Below are positions 1 through 12,900 of a stretch of 59,477 nucleotides of DNA, in pieces. The stretch comes from Catajapyx aquilonaris. Taxonomy: Eukaryota. The DNA lies in assembly GCA_000934665.2 (NCBI GenBank), contig JYFJ02003993.1, positions 1 through 59,477 of the forward strand, read 5' to 3'. Under the pieces are notes generated by a model, which had not been told where the DNA came from, searched no databases, and saw only the letters and a list, made by a program, of their open reading frames with translations. The first letter of the stretch is position 1, and every line of letters begins with the position of its first letter. Position numbers and translations under genes: made by a program.

Positions 1-59
1 GGGGGTCCGAAACTTTCCGTCCACCCTGTACATATGAAAGGGCAACTCTTTCTCTAATG

Positions 60-888
60 TTAAACATAGTCACACTTTGGTGCATTTGTCCCAGTGGGGC
101 ACTAGATTTTTCATACCCCTGCAGAAAAATGGGTCAGACTGGGTGGGAAGCAAGTGTGGGATGGCCGCTTTCACTTCCTTGATGTTGCTGAGGTCTTGAG
201 AAGCTAGTGCTTCTTTTTTGGTCCAAAGAAGTGGTTTTACCCATGGTTTAACATCTCTTTGGACCAATGAAGAAGCACCTGGAAGTTCAGAACTTCAGCG
301 AAAGAGGAAGTGAAAGAGGCCATCCCCCACTGGCTTCCCACCCAGTCTGACACTTTTTTCTGCAGCGGTATGGAAAAACAAGTGTCCTGCTGGGACAAAT
401 GCACCAAATTGGATGTTGACTATGTCTAAAATTAGAGTGAGATATTTATTTATTTATTTATTTTATTTTATTTACCCCGTGATACAACTACTTGGTCGTT
501 ATAGGGGGTGGCAGACCACCATACAGTTTTCTAATAATTGTTTTTACTTCGATCACCGGTGCAAGGATTACTAGGAAATAGGGTAAGGGTTGGGGAGTTC
601 GGGAGGACACACATGTGCAGGTGCATTGTCCAGCGGTGGGCCAGGTGCAGTCCCCCAGGAGGTCAGGTTGCCAAGACGCCTCCTTAGGCGCGGGTCACGA
701 CCCATTGACGCAAGCGAAAGGTTTGTTCCCGGGTGGGGATTTGAACCCGGGACCTTTTGCATAGCAAGCCGAGAAGTTACCATCTCGGCCACCGTCTTAG
801 CCTTTCATATGTATATTTCAGTTTCAGTTTCTCTAGTTAAACTTTTGAATTAAACAAGTTTTCAATTACTTTCTGATTCGCCCTGGTA
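60..888. mobile_element. Mariner-derived relic made of two inverted copies of a transposase 3' end, interrupted by a SINE
   Basis: About 63-180 (minus) and 305-426 (plus) are diverged reverse complements encoding ..EVK.AIPH.LPTQSD.FFC.GM..LV..WDKC..DYV, a mariner C-terminus. A TIR-like end caattactttctgattcgccctggTA is at 865-888. Confidence 0.65.
444..802 (-). mobile_element. tRNA-derived SINE, family A (diverged copy)
   Basis: A box TGGCCGAGATGG, B box GGTTCAAATCC, body similar to the copies at 15416 and 58522, and an A-rich tail. Confidence 0.85.
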
Positions 889-934
889 AATCATTCTACA
901 CACACTACATATATACCTAAAAACCTGTTGCATA

Positions 935-1812
935 TGAGGGGCGTTCATCAAGTTCGCGACTTTTTCATGAAGGAATTTGATATTAGATATTAAAATGGGG
1001 CACCAAGGAGAGGCATTCTTGGGCTGATCACAGGATATTTCACCATCCCCTTATGAATCATATAAAAGGGAATAAAAAATTGAGAGTAGTGCCAAGTGCT
1101 GTGAGTCTTTTGCATGGACAACACTGAGCATCATTCTGTCGTCAAATATCTCGCTTTGAAGAGGATGAGCACTGTGGATATTTATAAGGACAGGCCAGAG
1201 ACAATGAGGGGCTGTTGTCCATCATACCCAATGGTTACAGGATGGGTCGTATGCTTCAAGTGGAGAGCATGGAAGATGACCCCCACTTGGGAAGGCCAGC
1301 GATTGCTGTGATGAGGAAAACATCTCTGCTGTGGAGACCATGGTAATGGGAGACAGGCAGTTGACGGTGTGGTACATAACAGAGATCCTGGCCATCGGTT
1401 GGGATGTGGTGGATATATCATCCTTCATCAACACCTTCGCCCCAACTGGGTCTCCTCTCATTGGGTACCGCTCAGACTCAAGTTTCCCACTGAAGCTGAG
1501 CTGTCACACACCAACCAAGGATATTTTCCCGTGACAAGGATGACTTTTTCGCACGGTTAGTGCTACAAAATGAAACTTTCAGCCTTTTCCTATTCCTCAA
1601 TATCAAAATCAACTGTCTCTGAAGTGATTTCTGCTGTGGAGGTGTTGGGTGGGGTTTCAAAAACTATTTTTTTGGGACTGGATAGAAAAATGGGAGAAAC
1701 TCGAGACAAAGCTTATTAACATGAAAGGAGACTATGCTGAAAAATAAAATATCATTGTTTGCCTACCTCTTGTTTTTCAAGGAAAAGTCGCGAACTTTAT
1801 GAACGCCCCTCG
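935..1812 (+). mobile_element. Internally deleted, decayed mariner transposon
   Basis: TA-flanked TIRs of about 35 bp (tgaggggcgttcatcaagttcgcgactttt / aaaagtcgcgaactttatgaacgcccctcg). Transposase remnants MDNTEHHSVVKYLALK... and ...GIEKWEK...KGDYAEK carry frameshifts. Confidence 0.88.
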
Positions 1813-2008
1813 TATTGTTCTGTAATGATTTTATATGCCTCATACTGTGCATCATGTCCATACGGTAGTTTTAAAATGAGCAAAATCTGGTACAAAAGAT
1901 GTGTTATGCTGTCTAGCATGTCAAAAATTTCAAACACCTTGTTTAAGTACATTAACGCCATGCATCATGCTCTATAAACATGCGGGGGTGACCCACCCGA
2001 GTCCATAC

Positions 2009-2235
2009 CGGCTGGTTGCTGATGAGTGGAGTCTGGATTGGCTGCCTCTGTGCTGTTGCTAGCCCAGTGGAGGAGACCAGCAAACGCGAGGACCCTTGGT
2101 GATGGTGGCGGGCCCTAGTTATCCCTCCCATTCCTCCCACAGAGTTGGATGGAGAACCAGGGTGGTGCACAGGAGACAGGTTGCCCTCACTATCACTACT
2201 GGCTGATGATGGCGGTGTTGGAGGGAGAGAAAAGC
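2009..2235 (-). CDS. CrebA: CrebA coding exon 5; the gene continues beyond the window start (bZIP exons absent)
   Basis: Acceptor ctcttccAAG|GC; GFSLPPTPPSSASSDSEGNLSP...RQPIQTPLISNQP; donor CCG|GTATGG. LPPTPPSS..SDSEG and RQPI.TPLIS.QP are CrebA/CREB3L hallmarks just upstream of the ATB/bZIP region. Confidence 0.95.
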
Positions 2236-2364
2236 CTTGGAAGAGAGATACAAATCAATAACATTACACTAAAACTGTAACTGCAAGTAATTAAGATACT
2301 GATGTTTAAGTTATGCGAGTTTAAAGGTATTCTGCACTTCTTCGACATGTTGGGCTCTTGATAA

Positions 2365-2628
2365 TTATCATCATCATTATCAAATAACTGGTTACCCCTG
2401 TGGCTTTATAGGGGATCTTTAAATGCATAAATTTATGATATTACTGTCCCATGATGGATTTTTTAAATATTGGACAAAATGGGAGAACCCTGAGAAAACA
2501 TGAAGAGGGAGGGAATCCATCAAAACTCTTTCAACAAGAAAAAGTGTCCCTGTCTGGGCCAGGAATCACAATCAGGACCTGAGAGGTGGTAAGCTGTGGC
2601 TCTAACCCCTACACCACCATGCCTGCCG
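2365..2628 (-). mobile_element. SINE family B (V-domain-like), old degenerate copy
   Basis: Colinear with, but diverged from, 16739-17010 (ggagaaccctgagaaaac, aggggatc tail, tRNA-like head). Confidence 0.7.
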
Positions 2629-2774
2629 AAGTTGGACTTTAAATACAGAGAAAAAAAAATCTTGATTCTGAGCATGCCATCTGTTTTTCTGAAAAGCCAG
2701 AGGTCCATAATAATGAATCATCTGGTGAGGCAACCCCCGGTCACTCGTATACCAAGTACATATATGGCTCCCCC

Positions 2775-2992
2775 TGTGAGCTTACCTCTTCTCCCCCACC
2801 AAGGGGGGTTTGCCACGGCGGCACTGGGATCAAGCACCAACAGAGGTGTGGCACCTTACCTAGCAGGCAAATCTGAACCATTTGCCCCTGGTTCAGAATT
2901 GCCTGCTAGTGGGGGTGCCACCTATGTTGGTGCTTGATCCCAGTGCCACCGTGGCAAACCCCCCTTGGTGGGAGAGAAGAGCGAAACTCACA
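2775..2992. repeat. Fold-back palindrome with ~105-bp arms and an 8-nt loop (MITE-like)
   Basis: ctcttctcccccaccaaggggggtttgccacggcggcactgggatcaagcaccaaca...tctgaacca[tttgcccc]tggttcaga...tgttggtgcttgatcccagtgccaccgtggcaaacccccc...agaagag. Confidence 0.9.
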
Positions 2993-3110
2993 CAAAAAAG
3001 GGGTGGGAGTGGCCGCCACCTGAGGTGATGTTACAGCAAGCACTCTTTGAGGCACTGCTGCTTGAGGCACCAGTGCTGCAGAATCGGAAAAAGCTGGTCA
3101 AAAGTCCCTA

Positions 3111-3636
3111 GTTCAATTGTGGCCTGGGAAGTGCATGAATTTTCGAAACTGTCATTCAAGGAGCACGTTTTGATAGAATGTGCATATGAATGAGTCATTG
3201 GAAGAACATGGCGGCTGTGAATCCAATACATGTATAGAGAGCCAGAGTGAAACATACAGCTGAAATAATTTGGTCAAGGAAGCCATTGAAAATAAATGTG
3301 TCCTCTACATAAAATGACCTAAAATTGTTATTTTAAAAATGATTTGGGTTGTATGTTTTATTAAGGCTCTCTATATCATATATTGGATTCACAGCCGAAA
3401 TTTTTAACAACTTTCTGTCATTTTATGTAGAGGACACATTTATTTTCCATGGCTTCCTTGACCAAATAAAATTGTCTTGGTATGATTTCGGTTGTATGTT
3501 TTACTATGGCTCTCTATACATAATATATTGGATTCAAGGCTGCCATGTTCTTCCAATGACTAATTCACATGCACATTCTATCAAAATGGGCTCCTTGAAT
3601 TTCGAAAATTCATGCACTTCCCAGGTCACAATTGAA
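3111..3636. repeat. Long imperfect inverted repeat with ~220-bp arms (MITE/foldback relic)
   Basis: gttcaattgtggcctgggaagtgcatgaattttcgaa... pairs with ...ttcgaaaattcatgcacttcccaggtcacaattgaac; the inner arms aaaataaatgtgtcctctacataaaatgac / gtcattttatgtagaggacacatttatttt also pair. Confidence 0.88.
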
Positions 3637-4043
3637 CCGCAGATCTTCTGTCATCTTTTTTGGATGCAGATCCATAATCGTAGCCAAGAGCAAAGATATG
3701 TCGTTTTTCCTTATGTGCAAATATGTGCAATACTTTTTGCCTGAGCAAGCTCAAGCACAACATTGGCTATCAACCCACTGACCCCCCCATTTTCTCCCAT
3801 TATCATAATCCACCACACTACAGGCAATGATTTAAAATGGTTCATTAAAAGATGATCCCCTAAAGGCCCAAGGTAACTAATTTAAATCACTACTCATTAG
3901 AATATAGCATAAATGAGGTACACACCATCCTCTTCCTCTGTTAGTAACACATCCTTTCTACACATTTACTCGTGGGTATTGGGCAAGATCTTTTTTTAAA
4001 CACTGCTATGGAGTGACTTAAATGGCTCAATGACTGATCTTAC

Positions 4044-4158
4044 CTCCCAGATTTGGTTCCAACTTGATGTTGAGCTTGGGGAAAAGGACTTGGGACTGCT
4101 GGCTTGCATTTCGGGCAGTCACAAGCAAGGTTGACTGTTTCAGTAAGCTTTGTTGTAC
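4044..4158 (-). CDS. CrebA: CrebA coding exon 4 (not in the ORF track)
   Basis: Acceptor gatttCAG|; VQQSLLKQSTLLVTARNASQQSQVLFPKLNIKLEPNLG; donor G|GTAAGA (phase 1). PKLNIKLEP precedes the conserved LPPTPP motif, and phases fit both neighbours. Confidence 0.88.
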
Positions 4159-4687
4159 CTGAAATCACATGCAATTAATTTAAGCTCTCTACAATGTCTG
4201 GTTATTTTTAAAATATTATGGTAAGAATGAAATGGCCAGGCTAGAAATCTAATGTAACACATTAAACACTGCTAGAAACTTGCACAAAATGCCTCAAGTT
4301 TTACTGGTTATTAATTTTAATTCTTTTAACATATTGAAAATTTTAATTGCTTTTAATGATGCTACAAGTAGCTTATGGCAATCATGACTCACGCTTTAAA
4401 ACAAAAGCATTACAAACTAATACCATGTCAAATCTGCTCTTACTGACTTCCCATGAAACCACAGCTGAGCAAGAATAGGAAAAATATGAAAATTTACCAT
4501 TACTAGCACAAAAAGTAGCTGTGCATGTGTGAGAATATCTCTACTTACATAACACCTGCAGTGGCTGAAAGGCCTGCTAGTCCTAGAGGACAGGGTCAAG
4601 CAACCAGACCTGTTCTTCCCTTCCCCCACACCAACATTCCTTCATGTCCAGTCCCACCCCCACCTCCCTCAACCCCCATCAACCTAC

Positions 4688-5013
4688 CTTGCTGGTCACC
4701 TCCTGCCTCAGGTGGATGCCCTCAGGCTTTCTCTGGACAACGGTTGGCATGGATGTGCTCATGGGCTCTGGAGACCCTGGGGCACTCAAGGGCTCCTCCT
4801 TGATCATTAGTTGAGTGTTATGGATGTGACTGGCAGGCGGAAGACTCTGGGGATGAAGGCCCTGACTGGGAGAGAGTTCAGCTGCTCCCCCTCCACCTCC
4901 TCCTCCACCACCGCCACCTGGGACACCATTTGAGACACAAGTAGTGGGCTGACCGCACCTGGAGGTCGCTCCAGAGGTCATAGGGAGGCTTGAGAAGCAG
5001 TCTTGCTCCATTT
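4688..5013 (-). CDS. CrebA: CrebA coding exon 3
   Basis: Acceptor ttctcCAG|AA completes the G|AA codon. Encodes EMEQDCFSSLPMTS, a poly-Gly tract, IKEEPLSAPGSPEP and EVTSK; donor AAG|GTAGGT (phase 0). It continues the CrebA DM..ECF motif. Confidence 0.9.
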
Positions 5014-6625
5014 CTGGAGAATAAATAATAATAAATGAATCAATAGGTAACAGGAAGCTTATACAGGTTATGTTAATGACTTACTCATGCAATATTATGT
5101 GTTGCTAAAATAGCAGCATACAATAAGAATCATCATGTATAATTTTAAAATAAGCCATTTAAGAAACTGTCTCCTTCACTCTCCCATTTTTATATACGGA
5201 TACCGTAAAACATGTTTCATACAAAAACCTGAAACATGTAAATAATAGTTTCAATGGGCATTGTCCATGTTAAAAATCCTTACTTCATGTAGTGGAGATG
5301 GTGTGGCACTGTGGCAACATTCATGTGTACAAATTCAATATGGTTCAATCCCAAACCTATGCTTCCCTTTCTATCTCATGTGGAGATCCTGCTAATCATG
5401 CCACAGATGGACTCTACCATGTGTTTCATAACTGAGCTGACATCCATATTGCCAGAAATGTCATACACAACACTCTGCATGAAAATGACACTATTCTCTC
5501 AAAAAGTAATAAACCTCAGACTTGCACAACCGTTGCATAGCGCACTCGATTGGCAGCCAGCATAACCATCATCCTACTCCCAAGTGTCCAGACCATTTCA
5601 TGCAGATAGTACCTCGATGAGGAGAAAAGGGAAGGATGAAAGAGGGAACTGCTGAGGGACTTGTTAGATGCAAGGTCTATACCTCTGACCAAGTATTTGG
5701 TCCACTTGGGAAGACTGTACCAACTTTATGCAGGAGAGTCTGCAACATATCAACTAATGAGGTTGCAAGCTTAATAATAAAACACAATTAAATACAAAGT
5801 ATAGGTTCAAGCAAAATGTGGCATATTCACTCCAGTTGCACATGGGCACTCCCACTGCTAGATCTTGATGTGTACTTAGGACTGGAGAGTAATCTGCCAT
5901 GCTTTGCTTGGCTCACCCATTGTTGGAGGTGGCAACATTAAAATCATCGCACCATGCAATATATTGTGACTAGACAGTGAATCCATAGTGTAGTGCACGA
6001 GACCTGAGTACCTTTGGTGCAAGTTTAATTTATTTCAATCAGTCAGTGTCTCGATGCTAATATTACACTTAGGCCTTCCACATGTGTGAGTAGGCTAGTG
6101 TTCACAGTACAATTACAATTATTCCTACCTGCATTACATATAACGACATATGTCATGTTCAAGTTCACACTTAGGCCTAACATCAGCGATCAAACCGGAT
6201 CAAACTACATAACTTTAAGGACAGAATTACTACTCATCAGACTGCGCGAGACTCTGCATTTCCTGCACATTCAGTCATGTAGTTTCACAAACCTATTTTT
6301 ATCCCTAATTCTGTATGAAGATCATTTGCGTCCATGACTTGGCTGAACCCTGTGCCACTATCCACCATGCTTGTCTCTCGCCCACGTACAAGCTTGGAAA
6401 CAAGTCCTCCGCTTTCACCTACTAATCATAGCACTGCTCGAACAACACGTGGCGGGTGGTTTGAATCTCAGTAACTGTTAGTACCTTTCCAACATCGGCA
6501 AAAGTATAGGCTACGTACAGAGGGGGTTGGTGACGCTTCCTTCGGCACGTCCTTATATTTCTGCAAATTCCTTTCGTCTTACTGTTCACGTGCATATTTT
6601 GTCATTAATATCATATGGTTGAAGT

Positions 6626-6773
6626 CAGTGGCGGATCCAGGAATTTTTCGGGGGGAGGGGGGGGGGGTGTTCAGGGCCCGCCGCAGGCGAAATTTTTTCG
6701 GTTCAAGGTCACAACCCTTCCTCGCGACCCCAAATTTGGAGTCACGACCGCAANGGGGGGCAATCCGCCACTG
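6626..6773. mobile_element. Short MITE, probably hAT-type
   Basis: 11-bp TIR CAGTGGCGGAT/ATCCGCCACTG. The flanks gttgaagt / gttgacac match at 5 of 8 positions, a possible decayed 8-bp TSD. Confidence 0.65.
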
Positions 6774-7770
6774 GTTGACACCCTGCATTACTTGGTGCCG
6801 TTTCACGCTGGGAAGGTGACAGTTCATAGGACCCGATACGTTTTTAAACGAACATTTATACTAGAATTCTGAACATGATTCTCCTCCATTTCCCGTCAAA
6901 ACATTCACAACCTTACTATGAAGCCTAGTATCAACACCCGTCTATGAATAACTGTGACCATCGCTCAATACAAAAAAGCTTCAAGGTATCATAAAAAAGT
7001 GCCGCCTATCTTATTGCAACGGCATTTAATCGAGAGGTTTAATCCTCAGGGTTTATAAAGGTGGTTACATAAGAGATACCGGTGCCAGATATAATTCGTG
7101 CTTTGAAAAAAGTGGAATGGCCTTCTTCCCGAGAGGAGGAGCAAAAAAAAAAAAAAAAAAAAAAAAANAAAAAAAAAACACACACACACACACACACAGA
7201 CACAAGTCTAAGGAAGGTCACAAAAATCCCGATTCGTGTTTATTAGTGATGCCGACGACCGAAAACCTGGTCTTTCATCACCAGTAATTGCCTGCTGGAT
7301 TTTTAAAACTCAATTTTGCCAGGAGGATGTTGGCTAGGAGTTCGTACGTTAACTAGCAGGCCGTTATCAAGTGACCCATTGATTACTCAGCCTGTCTTCT
7401 GTGATAACCGTCTCCCTCTTGATTTCGCGTAAATTGAGTTGCGGACGCGGTAATAACCCAAGGTTACGCAACTGATACGGGACTGCACTTTCACGGTGAT
7501 ATTTTAAAGCCAGTGCAATTGGCACAACAATGTGGCCAAATTGATTAGTTCGAGTTAACTTAACATCTGTTCCTGATAATCCTGCAGGGCTCTCAGTGCC
7601 CAGAAGTAAATTGCATTTTTGAATGTGCCTGCAGGAAGAAACAATGACTAGATCCTCAGATGTGCTGTTACCTTACGCATTAATTATGGTTCTTTACAAA
7701 TTCGCCCCAATACTTAATAATAGATGCTTGTCAGTATTTAAAATATAATACATACATACATACATATATA

Positions 7771-8332
7771 CAGGGTGTTTATTGTAACTCTGCAAAGACT
7801 TTCAGGGGTAATAGAGGGGACCAAGACAAGTATTTTTGACATAGGAACCAGTGTCCGGAAACGCCATCTAGAGGGGGTTCATAGACAAGGAACGGGTGCG
7901 CTCAGACGCGTCAGGCGAGAGGCGCTAGGCAAGCGGACTGTTTTGTTGATAGATGGCGCTCGGATAGTAACCAACGATGCGATGTGGCATAACCTGGCAA
8001 CAGCAGAGCCATCTAGCAACTTAAGTCCGCCTCCTAGGAGATGCGCGGATAGTCAACAGCGGGTCTTTCGTTGCCAGGTTATGGCGTATCGCGTTGTTGT
8101 TTACTTACAACGACGCGATACGCCATAACCTGGCAATAACTGCGCGCCACCTATCAACAAAACAGTCCGCTCGACTAGCGCCTATCGCGTGACGCGCCTG
8201 AGCGCACCCGTTCCTTGTCTATGAACCCCCTCTAGATGGCGTTTCCGGACACGGGTTCCTATGTCAAAAATACTTGTCTTGGTCCCCTCTATTACCCCTG
8301 AAAGTCTTTGCAGAGTTACAATAAACACCCTG
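7771..8332. mobile_element. Tc1/mariner-type MITE with ~190-bp near-perfect inverted arms
   Basis: TA|CAGGGTGTTTATTGTAACTCTGCAAAGACTTTCAGGGG...CCCCTGAAAGTCTTTGCAGAGTTACAATAAACACCCTG|TA, plus an internal hairpin at 8071-8136. Confidence 0.92.
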
Positions 8333-8610
8333 TATATATATCACAGTTTAACAGGTCTTTACATTCTGAATTCCTGAAGGCGACGGAGCATCTAATCAGG
8401 TCAAAACACCACAAACCTCATCCAGCATAATAGAAAATGTCCCTCTACAATGGCATAATTTTTGCAACGATTCCTTGTACATTGGCAAAACCTTTTAAAA
8501 GTTAGCATTAATTTCTTGTAAAATTTAGGCCATATCCACGTACAATGGACAGGAAGCAACTTCCTATTTTTGTGTACACATATTGAAGCAGCATTTGAAA
8601 GATGACGCAC

Positions 8611-8815
8611 CGTCCATTTTGGTGTCCAGACTCAGAGGCGAGTCTGGACTGGAGTCGCCATCGGAGGCCAGGCTGTAGGAATGCTCCGTCTTGATGGGCA
8701 ATGTCCCGAGGGCCGCATCGGTGATCAGCCTGTCGTGCAGAATGTGTCTCTTCAGGTCCAGCTGCGCCCCCCATTCGGCCTCAGCATCCGAAAGACGAAG
8801 CGCATCTTGCAGCGA
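8611..8815 (-). CDS. CrebA: CrebA coding exon 2
   Basis: Acceptor ttgttgCAG|; SLQDALRLSDAEAEWGAQLDLKRHILHDRLITDAALGTLPIKTEHSYSLASDGDSSPDSPLSLDTKMD; donor G|GTGCGT (phase 1). ILHDRL.TDAAL...IKTEHSYSL..D.DS.PDSP is the conserved CrebA/CREB3L block. Confidence 0.95.
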
Positions 8816-9527
8816 CTGCAACAACAACAATGACAACATAAGTATGCCCATTAGTACTTCCTGTGTTTCCCCTTGCACGTGGGTCATCGCACCTTGCGAG
8901 TGCCACAATGGTCCAATTTGGTCTATGTGGGGCGAGTATCCCCCCCTCCCTCTCCCAATCCTCAAACACACACACACACACACACACTCAGGGGAGCTGT
9001 GGTCGACGACCACCTGCCCAATCCATACGGCGACATTTATTGGCAGCAAGTACGACATGTGCCCTCCTTTTGTGCATTGTGAAAAGGTCAATGACGCATC
9101 GATGCCCTTGCAGCACGTGTTGGTACAAATCTACCTGCTGTTTGTGCTCAGGAAGTGGAGTCCTATATTCATTCGGGACTGAGGAAGAGCCCCCTCGAGA
9201 GGGAGGTGGGAGGGGCAGGGGGTGCAGAAAAAAATACAACAATGAGGAAGGAAAACAATCCGGGAAAACAACATGACCGGCCGGAAACGAGACATATTCC
9301 CTTTAATTGGAAGGGCTTTAATTAAAAGATCGTGACAGGTGAGCCCCCCCCCCCTCCCCCCAGGTGGGTCCACTGGATGACAACCCTCCCAAATTCCCGG
9401 AAGAGAAACATTGTCGTCCTGAAGAATGGGAGGTGGGTAACATATGCATGTTGTCAATGTACACTCCGAAAAATGTTTTGTGCTGACCAGCTTTCTGAAA
9501 TTAGTTCCACCGTGCACATACAGAAGG

Positions 9528-9967
<440 letters not shown>

Positions 9968-12900
9968 ATTCTGATGGAAATGGCCGGATGCGGCATATCC
10001 TGACCTTTAAGAGACTCTGCTTGAGAGATCCGTAAGGTTTTGCCAGCCACTGCAAATGTGAACGACCTGCACTGTGCCCCTCGCATGGCATCCATATTTG
10101 CTGAGACTGGTACTCTCCCCCACCATCTCCACCCCTCTGAAATGCGCGCCACTTCCGACATCCTCAATTCATGACACACCACAAGGGGAGTCGAGAGGAT
10201 ACAATTCTCGACATAATATGTGAATAATGGTTCAGACTGGATGTGTGTGTACTGGGCTGTTAACAGCTGGTAACATTATGGCCGACAACGTCAGCGGAGC
10301 TAGTAATTACGTAATACTTTTAGGTTGCCTTTTGTAACACCCTATCACATCACAATGCCTCAGTATAGATGTATTCATCTCGGTGTAGTAATCTGGAAAA
10401 TATATGCTCAAAATGAAATGTCTTAACAAGATAGAAAGTGAGACCGCTTCAAAAGAATCTTCTTACATACAGGACTGTGGTAATTATTATCTGGCACAAA
10501 TAACAGCATATTTTACCAAATTTCAATCTAGAACTACGGGAAGCTCTACGCAACATGACGTAACATCCGAATCACACAATGAGTCTTTCAGAATACTCAG
10601 CTTTTCCCATCTCTACCCGCATCAAGGATGACAAGTTCTAAATATTTTGAACATAATTCTCCAGGATCCTTTCTTAGAATCAGTATTTGCATGACTTCTA
10701 ATTTTTTGCAGGACCTTTCATGCACGGGGAATACCCCCCGAAGACCCAGTCGTGCTATTTTTAAGTCAAAAAAGCAGCATCTCTTACGTAACGCTTTATG
10801 AACATCCCCCATAACGTGTCCGTCACTCCAAAACTAGAGCACTGACAATCAGTTTCCACAGGATCCGACGAAAAAAAAAAAAATCAGTCCATCACGAAAG
10901 GATAAGAGTTGAGACAGCAACGGGACTGTCACCAACTCACAGAAATCGCTAGAGGACGCCAAAAGGAGGAAGGGAGTCGGCCATAGACCGGAAGGGCTTA
11001 TCAAAATGCAAACAACACACACACAAAAAGCGTGTATAATGTGACCGTGGACCACACAGGCCATGAATGAGAAGGAAAAAATCTAGTCCAAAAGAACAAA
11101 AATCCCACCCCTTTTTGCCATTCGAGGGTGGGCATTTTGGCGAATTGCAGTAGAAAATCGCTGCGCATTGTTAGATTGTCGCTAGGGAGAGAAACGTTTC
11201 TACTTATCCAGGTGAAAGCTGATTGACGCCTTTTTTTCCTCTGCCATTCTGGGAATCCTTTCTAAAATGCTCGATTCCCGTTCCCAGCCTCGGGCGACTT
11301 ATTGCAATTTTATTCGTGGAATGAGATAACACATTATGCTAATACAAAAAAAAACAACAGGTAACGCAGTGAGCAAGTACGGTTTTTTTCCGTTGCATCA
11401 TCAAAGCAAATTTGGAATGGGAGGTATGACACGGGCGAAGATGAACAGGACATAAGTCATTGCCTTCGCTGTTGATGTCGTAATTTGACGTCAAGGGTAC
11501 GTCTCGTTAGTGTTACTAATAATCTCATGCTTTGAATTGCCAATCACAATTTCGTTTTTTACAAGCTGAGCAACGGGCCCGATACAAACTGGGACCTCGA
11601 CATTGTCGGTGTGTTACTGTACATCAGGTGACGCAGATGACATCAGAGCAACAGTTTAATGAAGACAATCACCGCATGTCAGCATTTCGAACCAATGGCT
11701 TTCCAAGTTAACGATTAGAACTAAAGGCACGCATTGTGTGCTGACGCCCAGGTTTTCTATGCACCCTGCAATAAATGAGTTCCACGCGCGGATTCTGCCA
11801 GGCTCAGCACCATGGAAGACAATGCCTCGTCCCATAACGACTACTTAGAGGCGAATGCAAGGAATGCATACCAGAGGTATTCTTTACGTAGCTCTTTTTT
11901 TTCCCCTCACCTTCCGCCGGGTCATTCTTGGCACGAGTTATCTGCATCGGCAAAAGAACAATGGATGAACATTGGCAATGAACAATATTCCTGAAATAAG
12001 CACTACATGCGCCATGTACTGTACGTCGCTTCCATGAATGAATATATCACGTATAGCGTACGCTGGCAGGATTTAGTATCGCTGCGTATGATACCACGGA
12101 CATTTAAAATAGGACGTTATCCTCGCAAGCCCCGCTACACGCGGAAGTGCAACCTATTTCCATGTGTTCCAATGGTATTCCGCGCGACATGACTGTTATT
12201 GTACTCCACTGACCCGGAGAACAATAATCCTAACCTCGTACATTTTTAAGGGTTGGAATAATAACCCGTTTCGCAAATTGCTTAGGAATTTCCAGCACTG
12301 TGATTCATGGGCCGGATTTAATTCCAGAGGATTTTTCAAAAGGTGCAAAAGTACCGGTGTACACCGATTTCTCCTGTCTGCATTCCTGGGAATCCCACAA
12401 ATGCCACCACCTCCACTTCCACCCTGCAACCCCCCCCCCCCTACAATAAGGGTACAGTCTAGTCTTGTCTCGAGAGGGGTCAAGTAAGGTTAGCGACTTC
12501 TATGAGACCTTTCCTACCCTGCGGGTATTTCCCTACTTATACCCACGATCCTCTGGAACTTTTCTCTCTCTCCCTTTTAGTCACGTACCCTTTGACCCTG
12601 GTTTCCTTCCCGGGACATTATACGCAGACAGGTCACGATTTTTGGAGACCACCAAGTCAGCCTTTACAGTTACAGTCTGCCGATTCTAAAGTTTGCTCCA
12701 GACAAAACAAGTCTTGTTAACTACACTACGTCAACGTAGAAGGCATAAGAAATGCATGGTGTTACTAAAAGAAATTTTATTTGAACACATTGACAAAATG
12801 AGCAATTCTCACATAGGCCTATTCGTCGCCGTGGAACTTGATTCAACACACCCTTATAATTTCACTTGCCCTTCAAATTACTTGCATTTTCTCCGCTACG

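Noticed and set aside
5520..5745. Purine-rich stretch after a tgttgCAG acceptor-like site as an extra CrebA exon
   Set aside because: The required phase-1 frame hits TAA within four codons, and exons 2 and 3 already join in frame.
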